Below are positions 56,760 through 64,000 of a DNA stretch of 64,000 nucleotides, one piece after another. The translations under genes were made by a program, and so were the position numbers. The notes under the pieces were generated by a model. That model was not told the origin of the DNA. It worked only from the letters and a program-made list of their open reading frames with translations, and ran no database searches. The stretch is from an uncultured Gammaproteobacteria bacterium (GTDB lineage Bacteria > Patescibacteriota > Microgenomatia > UBA8517): positions 5,159 to 69,158 of the forward strand of contig CAYRCU010000001.1 of NCBI GenBank assembly GCA_964422865.1, written 5' to 3'. Position 1 is the first letter of the stretch, and each line of letters begins with the position of its first letter.

Positions 56760-57986
56760 ATGAAGCTATTAGAACTTGAACGAAGAGTGGATGAACTGCT
56801 CACCAGAGGAGTGGTTGATGTTATTGATAGAGAGCACTTGCGCGACAGAATGCTTTCTGGAGATACTTTAAGAGTCAAATTTGGCATTGATCCAACAGGT
56901 CCAGATATTCATATTGGGAGAGGTTCCACAATTAAAAAACTCAGGGAATTTCAAGAATTAGGACATCAAATAGTTTTAATAATCGGTGATGCTACTGCTC
57001 AAATTGGTGACTCCTCAGATAAGGATAGTGCCAGAACGATGTTAACTTCGGAAGAAATCTCTGCAAATGAAACTAAGTATTTAGAACAGATTGGAGAAAT
57101 TATTGACATACAAAATACAGAGATTCATCACAATAGCGAGTGGATTGATCGTCTTACTCCCAAAGACTGGGTTCAGCTAGCAAGCCTTTTTACTCTTCAA
57201 CAAATCGTCCAAAGAGATAATTTCGCTCGCAGGATAAAAAAAGAAATTCCCGTAGGTTTTCATGAGGGATTATATTGTCTGCTCCAGGGATGGGATTCCG
57301 TTAATATCCGAGCAGATGTTGAAATCGGCGGGACTGATCAGTTATTTAATCTTTTAGCAGGAAGAAAGATCCAAGGTCATTTCGATCAAGAACCGCAAGA
57401 TATTATGATACTACAACTTCTTGCTGGAACAGATGGCAGGAAGATGAGCACCAGCTGGGGCAATGTTATCTTAGTTAATGAGTCACCTGAGGAGAAATAT
57501 GGGAAAGTAATGAGAATAGCTGATCATCTTATACCAGTCTATCTTGAAAGTGCGACTCTTGTGTCTTTACAAAGGGTTCAAGAGATAAAAACCTCACTTG
57601 AAGAAGGTGAGGGAAATCCAATGGATTACAAAAAGGAGTTAGCTTATGAAATAGTCAAATTTTATGATGGAGAAGAATCCGCCCGATATGCTCAGGCACA
57701 TTTTGAAAGAGTTGTTCAGCGTCAAGAATCCCCTGGAGAGATAATGACCATAGATGTTTCTCCAAATATCAGCGTATCGGAACTTTTTGACATTTTGAAA
57801 AGAACTAATTTTGTAAGAAGTAAAGCAGACGCTAAACGACTTATGGAACAAGGGGCAATTAAAATTGAGGATAAAGAATTCAGAGTTGACGATTTGAAGT
57901 CCAAGATTGAAATACCAACTACATCAAATGGCATAATTGTGAAGGTCGGAAAGAGAAGATTCCTGTGCTTAACAAGAAAAAAGTAA
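56760..57986 (+). CDS. tyrS: Tyrosyl-tRNA synthetase
   Basis: GIDPTGPDIHIGRG (HIGH-type), KMSTS, and a C-terminal S4-like domain. Confidence 0.8.
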   Translation: MKLLELERRVDELLTRGVVDVIDREHLRDRMLSGDTLRVKFGIDPTGPDIHIGRGSTIKKLREFQELGHQIVLIIGDATAQIGDSSDKDSARTMLTSEEISANETKYLEQIGEIIDIQNTEIHHNSEWIDRLTPKDWVQLASLFTLQQIVQRDNFARRIKKEIPVGFHEGLYCLLQGWDSVNIRADVEIGGTDQLFNLLAGRKIQGHFDQEPQDIMILQLLAGTDGRKMSTSWGNVILVNESPEEKYGKVMRIADHLIPVYLESATLVSLQRVQEIKTSLEEGEGNPMDYKKELAYEIVKFYDGEESARYAQAHFERVVQRQESPGEIMTIDVSPNISVSELFDILKRTNFVRSKADAKRLMEQGAIKIEDKEFRVDDLKSKIEIPTTSNGIIVKVGKRRFLCLTRKK

Positions 57987-58063
57987 TATTAACAGTGATT
58001 TATGCTCAGCGTTGCCAAACTATCTTTTAATGACTGAGTTTTGAAAAAATAGTTTTATTTAGA

Positions 58064-59230
58064 TTAACCTACAAATGTTAAGGCAATTCCTTTTTTGTTA
58101 GCTCTACCTGTTCTGCCTATTCTGTGAATATAGGCTTCATAGCTTTCTGGAAGATCGTAGTTAATAACATGGGTAATGTCTTCAATATCTATTCCTCTTG
58201 AGGCTACATCTGTTGCAATTAAAATATTTACCCTGCCTCGGCGAAATTGGTCCAGGGATCTTTGTCTCTGGTTTTGAGTCTTGTTCCCGTGTAAAACGGT
58301 TACTTGAAACCTGATTCTTGAAAGGTTTCTGTACAGCGTGTCTGCACCTCTTTTTGTTCGCGTAAAAATAAGGGTTTTTGACACTTCCTTTTTGTCTAAA
58401 AGTTCGCATAAAATATCAGACTTGTTTCTGCCTTTAAGTTCAATAATATCTTGATGCACATTTGTGCTTGTGTCTGCAGTTTTTACTGAAATCATCACGG
58501 GGTTTACAATAAACTTGCTCATTACACCTTTCACTTTTTCGTCGAGAGTCGCTGCGAAAAAAAGTGATTGCCTGTTTTGAGGGAGTTTTGAGATGATTTT
58601 ATTTACATCGTGGATAAATCCCATATCAAGCATGCGATCTACTTCATCCAAAACAATTGAATCAAATTTGCTAAAATCAATTCTCCTTTGGTTTTCCAGA
58701 TCAAGCAGTCTCCCCGGGGTTCCTACCACAAAATGAGGACTCCTTTGAAGCTTGTTAATTTGACCACGAATTGAAACTCCGCCAATACAGATTGCAGAAT
58801 ATATGTTCAATCCCCTAGAAAAACTTTGAAGCTCTTTGTCAATTTGTACAGCCAGTTCACGCGTAGGGGCAATTATTAAAACACGAGAATTTCTATTAAG
58901 GCAGATCTTGTTGATTAATGGAATCAAAAAGGCTGCTGTCTTTCCGGTGCCTGTGTTTGCAACACCCACTACATCACGACCGGATATAATTTGCGGTATA
59001 GCCTGGTCTTGGATTGGGGTAGGAGTGCTATATCCGTGGGCTGCAATGTTTTTATAAAGCTGCGCATTGAGGGTAAAGTCTGAGAATTTGTTTTTAATTT
59101 CATAGACATCAGAAACCGGACTTGTTACTTTTCCAATAACAGTCCTTGGGTCGAAGCTGCGAATTCTAGCTCTTTGTGGATTATAATTCCTTCTACGCGA
59201 AAAGCGCGAGTATTTTTTTTGCCTGTACAT
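58064..59230 (-). CDS. DEAD-box ATP-dependent RNA helicase
   Basis: Q motif (TPIQDQAIP), Walker A ANTGTGKTAAF, DEVD, SAT, HRIGRTGR. Confidence 0.9.
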   Translation of the reverse strand: MYRQKKYSRFSRRRNYNPQRARIRSFDPRTVIGKVTSPVSDVYEIKNKFSDFTLNAQLYKNIAAHGYSTPTPIQDQAIPQIISGRDVVGVANTGTGKTAAFLIPLINKICLNRNSRVLIIAPTRELAVQIDKELQSFSRGLNIYSAICIGGVSIRGQINKLQRSPHFVVGTPGRLLDLENQRRIDFSKFDSIVLDEVDRMLDMGFIHDVNKIISKLPQNRQSLFFAATLDEKVKGVMSKFIVNPVMISVKTADTSTNVHQDIIELKGRNKSDILCELLDKKEVSKTLIFTRTKRGADTLYRNLSRIRFQVTVLHGNKTQNQRQRSLDQFRRGRVNILIATDVASRGIDIEDITHVINYDLPESYEAYIHRIGRTGRANKKGIALTFVG

Positions 59231-59618
59231 ATTAGTTTCAAATGAAACTGTTTATATTAAAGGGAATGCAAGTGTTTGAAGGAAAGATACGTTATTAAAT
59301 GTAGTTTCTGGAGTACCCTTACTTACGGACTTAAATCAAATTAAAAAAACAGTCTTTGGCTCCGAATTAACGGAACAGATGTCAGTGTAACAGGTTATAT
59401 GCATTTGTCAAGAAACTATGAGGTGTTTTAAGTATCACACAGGTTACACGCACTGAAGTTGCGCTAAGAACCGCTTTTGTCTCTAAAATTGTTTATTAAT
59501 GCTCAGTGTAAATGAAATTGTCCTTTGCGTTTGCAACGTAGATTTGTCAACTAAGGTGTAATCTATTAACTTTTGCTTGATATTTGCAGGTAGGTTAACA
59601 AACAGTTAGGTAAATTTT

Positions 59619-59762
59619 ATGCCTATCTCGCCCCTGGCATGCCATAACTGCTGCAAAGAGAAGCTAAAACCTGCTTGGTTTCTGGGTCAATATCGTGCAA
59701 CTCAAGCTGAAGATGATCGCCGATGCAGAGTAAATTCAACAATTTATCCCAGTAAAAAATAA
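59619..59762 (+). CDS. Sub-threshold 47-aa Cys-containing sORF (MPISPLACHNCCKEKLKPAWF...)
   Basis: Manual translation. AGGT lies 8 nt upstream of the ATG. Sits in an otherwise ORF-free 660-bp region. Shares the MP...CC...K character with the next ORF. Weak evidence. Confidence 0.25.
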   Translation: MPISPLACHNCCKEKLKPAWFLGQYRATQAEDDRRCRVNSTIYPSKK

Positions 59763-59889
59763 ACCGATTGCAGCTATTCTTTTCCAATCTCCTTCTATTT
59801 TCCTTGACATCTTAGTTTGCTGCTAAATTCTTCCTTGCTGCCCTCACGTGCCTATATTGTAAAATTAAGTAAACCAAAGTACAAACACC

Positions 59890-60120
59890 ATGCCTGAGCG
59901 CAAAACTAGACTTAAAAAATGCTGTATACTTTGCCCGTTTAAAGGCGACCCTGAAGTAAGGGTTGACCACGAGCTTCAATGCACAGATAAGGAATACGAA
60001 GCCTGTAATCACCGATATGGCAGTGCAGAAAACATGTTCAATCCGTTCATCAAGTCCGACCGCTGGGAAGTGGGACGCCTCCTACCAGGAGGAGATGAAA
60101 TAATCATCAGAACAAAATAG
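59890..60120 (+). CDS. Small Cys-rich protein (76 aa; CC-x2-C ... C-x7-C-x-H), possible zinc-ribbon
   Basis: MPERKTRLKKCCILCPFKGD...QCTDKEYEACNHRY. Higher local GC. Confidence 0.4.
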   Translation: MPERKTRLKKCCILCPFKGDPEVRVDHELQCTDKEYEACNHRYGSAENMFNPFIKSDRWEVGRLLPGGDEIIIRTK

Positions 60121-60242
60121 TGAATAATTTTAGTTGGAAAAATTATCGGAAGGGAAAGAGGAGGAAATAATAAGAAATTCTTTGAAGGCACTTAGGCACA
60201 CTTTACCTTCGGGAACTTATTACAACGGTGTTCTTGAAACTC

Positions 60243-61157
60243 TCAAGCCGATTGTAAAATCTTTCTAACATTATCAACTATTTGTTGGTGAACGCTAACG
60301 AGCATAGCTGGAGTAGCTATCTTTGAATCGGAAACTAAACTCTTAATGGAAGCTGCAGGGATTTCGGTTACAATGGGGCCATTCCAGCCTGCATCTCTAA
60401 TTAGTTCCAACAAAGGAACTATATCTGTTTCTCTTTCTCCACTGTATATATCTTTCAATTCCTGCATTGAATCAAAAGGCCCATGAAAATCGCTTCTACC
60501 CACTCCCAGATGAATTGCTCTTGTGCTTGGAAGTAAAGCCGGTACGACCTCTTGCCATGGCCCAAACTGTGTTTGAAAGCCTTGAGAGACTTGCCTGCGA
60601 ATATGAAATAAATCAAGACAAAATTCATAATCTCTTCTCCTGGCTTCGTTTACAAACTCGTCAACGGTTTCAGCTCCCCAAGCTCCCATAAGCTCCGGTG
60701 CTGGTTGAATAAGTTTATTTCCCAGTCTATCAAAAGCCTCCGGTTTTGTTTCGCCCATCCATTCGTTTGGAGGATAAACAACTACAGGTAGATCCTTGCC
60801 CAGTGCTTCTTGCAATTTTTCTAAATCTTTTAAGGAAGCAAACTTTTCAGGTAAGGTAATAAATGCTTGAGCCGCCAACTTAGGATTGGGATGTCTCCTT
60901 ACTTCTCGTAGATTTCTCTCTGTTCTAAAGCTTTGATGGGCTGACCTGACTGAATTAAGAGCATCTTTAGTTAAGAGACCTATTCTCACCTGGGTATGTG
61001 GAATTCTAAAGGGGAAATATTCTATCCCTGAGTAGCCAGCTTTTTTGGCAACAGCTGAGTAAAACTCCATGGGAGCTAATAATGCCCACAAGGTTGAGGT
61101 GTCAACCATGTTTTGCATTGAAAAGTTAACTTCAATCTCTGGCTTTCTTTCAGCCAT
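60243..61157 (-). CDS. Xylose-isomerase-like TIM-barrel protein (sugar phosphate isomerase/epimerase family)
   Basis: GYSGIEYFP, LDLFH and metal-binding-like Glu/His/Asp pattern. Low specificity. Confidence 0.4.
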   Translation of the reverse strand: MAERKPEIEVNFSMQNMVDTSTLWALLAPMEFYSAVAKKAGYSGIEYFPFRIPHTQVRIGLLTKDALNSVRSAHQSFRTERNLREVRRHPNPKLAAQAFITLPEKFASLKDLEKLQEALGKDLPVVVYPPNEWMGETKPEAFDRLGNKLIQPAPELMGAWGAETVDEFVNEARRRDYEFCLDLFHIRRQVSQGFQTQFGPWQEVVPALLPSTRAIHLGVGRSDFHGPFDSMQELKDIYSGERETDIVPLLELIRDAGWNGPIVTEIPAASIKSLVSDSKIATPAMLVSVHQQIVDNVRKILQSA

Positions 61158-61271
61158 TTAGGGTATTATACACTCTGCTCCTGCAAGGAGGGAAGGTTGT
61201 GGTATACAATGTTTTGAACTTATTTTACTACAGTAAAACAACCTGTTTTTATCCCCGCTTTTGCTTAATAA

Positions 61272-61898
61272 TTAATCCTTTTTTCTAAGAAATAAGGATT
61301 GAAAATGAAAGTTTGGTTTATCACTTCCAATATCTATTGATTGAAAATCAATTATCTCGAAGTTGTCTTTTACCACCCTTTTTAATGACTCATCTGACAA
61401 AAAAGAGAAAAATCTTGGCAAGCCCATTTTGCTTTTATCGGTAAATGTTTCCTCTTTATCGTAACCACCATACACTCCATAAAAGAAAATGCCCTCTTTA
61501 TTAAGTGTGCCTGTGATGTTATTTAAAATTTCTTCTAGATCTTTACTTGGAACGTGAAGTAACACGTTCATTGAGAATACACCATCATATTTCTTCTTCA
61601 ATGAGGACAAGTCATACAAGTCTACTACTTTTGCATCTAGACCCCTTTTTCTGCACATTTTTATCATCTCGGATGACAAATCTGTAGCTAACACACCAAA
61701 GCCTTTGTCTTGAAAGAACTTTGCGTCCAATCCTGCACCCGAACCTAGTTCTAATATTGTTTTCTTGCCTTCATTCTTTAGGAGTTTTGCAAACTTTTCT
61801 TTTATATCAAGTTTCCACTGGTCTCGTTTTTCTTCAGCACTATCTCTTCTTTTTGCATCTTTGTTGTAGGCCTTAATAAGTTGCCCTTTGAAATCCAT
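61272..61898 (-). CDS. Class I SAM-dependent methyltransferase
   Basis: ILELGSGAGLD motif I. Confidence 0.6.
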   Translation of the reverse strand: MDFKGQLIKAYNKDAKRRDSAEEKRDQWKLDIKEKFAKLLKNEGKKTILELGSGAGLDAKFFQDKGFGVLATDLSSEMIKMCRKRGLDAKVVDLYDLSSLKKKYDGVFSMNVLLHVPSKDLEEILNNITGTLNKEGIFFYGVYGGYDKEETFTDKSKMGLPRFFSFLSDESLKRVVKDNFEIIDFQSIDIGSDKPNFHFQSLFLRKKD

Positions 61899-61987
61899 AA
61901 TTACATTATACTAGTTCGGTAGTTCGAATTCTTACAGGATTTGAGCAGTTTGAATACCTATCTATTCCAAGTGTGCTGCCGCTAAAC

Positions 61988-62005
61988 CTGCCTGCCGGCA
62001 GGCAG
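61988..62005. promoter_or_regulatory. Perfect 18-bp palindrome CTGCCTGCCGGCAGGCAG in the methyltransferase upstream region
   Basis: 9+9 perfect, loopless dyad. Adjacent direct repeat ATGAGACA at two positions. Confidence 0.35.
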
Positions 62006-62129
62006 ATGAGACAAATGAGACAGTATAAAAGGCGTGTCTCGGAGTTCTTTGATGACATCTTTTGATACAGTTGGAGGTTTGGTGAGAATTATCCGCCAAT
62101 ATTGATTATTTTATGTAGAGTAGAGTAGA

Positions 62130-63125
62130 TTAATAAAATATTGTATAAGTTCTGTGGTATGGCTTTTCAACCTTTGTTTGGTCCTGACTTAGCAGCCACA
62201 ATGCATTATCAATTTGACTTGCGGTGTATTTCTTAAGTTTCCTTTTAATCAAATCGATTCCTTGGATTGTGGCAGATCTGATTTCAAGCTCTTCTGAACT
62301 GAATGCTGGGATTATCTTGTAATCGTTAACTTTTTTGGAAAGGTCATGAGAATATTTAATAACACCAAAATGCCTCAACATTTGGGGGATTTTGTAATCT
62401 GCAAAGGCTGTCAATGTATCAAGATTTTTTATCTTAAGCCTTTTATTGTTTCTAGTTATGTATGACAGGTCATTCGTGAGAATTTGTGCTTTTTTCAGGA
62501 AATAAATTTTTTCTCCTTTGTATTCTGCTTCATCTCTGAACGATGGAAAATTATCATAAATTAATTTGACGATATAAACAGCGTCGAATTTAGCTTGCTC
62601 GATTAAATTAATAAATTTGCCATCAAATTTTTTTGATAATACGCCACCTGCTTCAATTAAATTATTTAATCTGTTTTGAATAAGAGGTATTTCTGTTTCA
62701 TTAGCGCTTCTGAAAAAAGATTTTATCTCTCTCAAAGTAAGATTTGACAAGAATTTGGCATCTAAAATGGGAACATTTTCAGCTTGTGCTCTTTTAAAAA
62801 CTGCAAGTAGACTATACCATCCACCGGAAATAATATTTCCTTCCGGCCATTCAACACTCCATTTTTCAGTGTTCTTTTCTGACCAAAAACAGAAATTTAC
62901 CACATCTTGAATAAAAACTAATTGCACGTCCTCTTCGTATTTACCAGTTAATCCAAGACCATAGCTTGATTCGTCTAAACCTTTCTTTAGCTTTTTTTGA
63001 ATAAGATTTGAAATAATACCTATTTGAGATAAATCCAACTTTACGTGATTAGCTTTTCGAACAACTCCTTGAGTGGAAGATAATACTCCAAACGGATCAT
63101 TGCTATTTGACTTAACTTGCAACAT
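62130..63125 (-). CDS. Hypothetical protein, possibly DUF2419/queuosine-salvage-like
   Basis: 331 aa. NFCFWSE segment is reminiscent of the DUF2419 family. Low confidence. Confidence 0.3.
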   Translation of the reverse strand: MLQVKSNSNDPFGVLSSTQGVVRKANHVKLDLSQIGIISNLIQKKLKKGLDESSYGLGLTGKYEEDVQLVFIQDVVNFCFWSEKNTEKWSVEWPEGNIISGGWYSLLAVFKRAQAENVPILDAKFLSNLTLREIKSFFRSANETEIPLIQNRLNNLIEAGGVLSKKFDGKFINLIEQAKFDAVYIVKLIYDNFPSFRDEAEYKGEKIYFLKKAQILTNDLSYITRNNKRLKIKNLDTLTAFADYKIPQMLRHFGVIKYSHDLSKKVNDYKIIPAFSSEELEIRSATIQGIDLIKRKLKKYTASQIDNALWLLSQDQTKVEKPYHRTYTIFY

Positions 63126-63221
63126 GAACGTATTTTAACAGATATGTGATTGTTGGTAATCTTGACAGTCAAGCACCCCTTTCGTTGCACACTCTTTCTA
63201 AACGGCTAGGAATTGGTGCTA

Positions 63222-63528
63222 TTATTGTTTCTTGTTTTTTATTAACCTATGCCATATATCTGATATCTTTTTTGGAAACACACCTCTTCTTCTTTCCTCT
63301 TTGACTCTGGCTGTTTCTTTTTCAGTTATTTCTTTTGGAACTTTATACTTACTCAAGTTTTTCCAGATAATATTGCCTCTTGGCTTTTTACCTTTTGGCA
63401 AATCCTTATGATCCTTATTGGTCCATTCCCTCAACACACCAGCTTCAATTAATTCTTGTCTTAGCTTATAAGCTCTTATATAACCTATTTTAAAGGATTT
63501 TTTTATTCTCTCGCTCCATTTTTTTCAT
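63222..63528 (-). pseudogene. Small winged-helix (FtsK-gamma-like) DNA-binding protein gene interrupted by a frameshift in an A7 run
   Basis: ATG at 63528 gives MKKMERENKKIL then a stop. The +1 frame continues KIGYIRAYKLRQELIEAGVLREW..., which resembles FtsK-gamma IGYNRAARLIEQLEAEGIV. The shift maps to a 7-A homopolymer at about 63498-63504. Confidence 0.4.
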
Positions 63529-63753
63529 TGATGGCTCTCATTCTCGCTATCGCATGATAAAAAGTTTTGTGTGTTTGCTCATATATTTATTAAAGTAATT
63601 TCAACATTTTGGTTTTTAGTTCGCTAGAAAATTCTTCCAGATTAGAATACTTTTTTTAAAATAAATTTATTCACTCCCATTTTCTGGGCGTCTTCGAGTA
63701 TAGAATCTTTATATTATTCATAATCTACTATTCACAAGCAAAGCTTGGCAATC

Positions 63754-64000
63754 ATCTAAAGCTAATTGTAAAACCAATCCCATCCGGGGCTTTCTACTTC
63801 TTTAATTTTGCTTCTGAGCATTTTGTAAACTCCGTCTTCAAGTACCGTTTGCCAAGTGCCTTCGTAATAGTGATAATCTACTTCGTCATCGTTCCAGTTT
63901 TTAGTTGAGAATTTAACAAAAACTGTATCGTTCGTATTTTCGTATGGTTCGGATATGAAGACCTGTACATCCAGAATATCAGTAAATCTATTTGTCCATT
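63754..64000 (-). CDS. C-terminal fragment of a hypothetical protein (5' end outside the window)
   Basis: Open frame from the window edge to TAG at 63754-63756 (...GVYKMLRSKIKEVESPGWDWFYN*). Confidence 0.4.

Noticed and set aside
59231-59600. tmRNA, RNase P or SRP RNA in the long noncoding region
   Set aside because: None of the conserved boxes are visible by eye: tmRNA acceptor and tag frame, RNase P P4 GGAAAGUCCGG, SRP GGAAG-CAGCC. Left as an open question rather than a call.

Overview
This 64-kb window looks like a compact, AT-rich bacterial genome segment with a Patescibacteria/CPR-like gene repertoire. That assignment is an inference from a lamin-tail-domain secreted protein, two DUF1573 proteins, PT/QPA linker proteins, an archaeal-type GAPDH and many small secreted or membrane hypotheticals. 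Most genes are on the minus strand and are housekeeping: ftsE-ftsX-envC-like, prfB, secA, rarA, serS, lysS, greA, cysS, tRNA-Glu(CUC), lon, uppP, truB, clpB, tyrS and a DEAD-box helicase.

Accessory or unusual content, in order along the window:
1. A radical-SAM (SPASM-like) gene truncated at the 5' window edge that the ORF track missed.
2. A roughly 340-bp intergenic repeat array (about 10139-10475) of hairpins and TGTCATTCC motifs that also supplies the C-terminus of the adjacent gene.
3. A higher-GC island (about 22.7-26.6 kb) with an HExxH peptidase and unknown proteins.
4. A truncated SOD.
5. A two-gene nuclease module at 34441-36313: a PD-(D/E)xK RecB-like protein followed by a stand-alone DEDDy 3'-5' exonuclease.
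6. A large minus-strand copper/mercury/thiol-redox locus (36.3-49.9 kb), which I consider the most system-like novelty. It contains two CsoR-type repressors, a Cu-ATPase, a novel 49-aa Cys-capped peptide translationally coupled to GAPDH, unknown Cys/His secreted proteins, rhodanese, an ArsR-type mer operon (merT-merP-merA), CcdA, DsbA and a BlaI/BlaR1 (CopY-like) pair.
7. An attenuator-like leader peptide plus terminator upstream of an Asp/Glu racemase.
8. A 660-bp noncoding stretch followed by two small Cys-rich ORFs.

No CRISPR array, rRNA or obvious transposase was seen.
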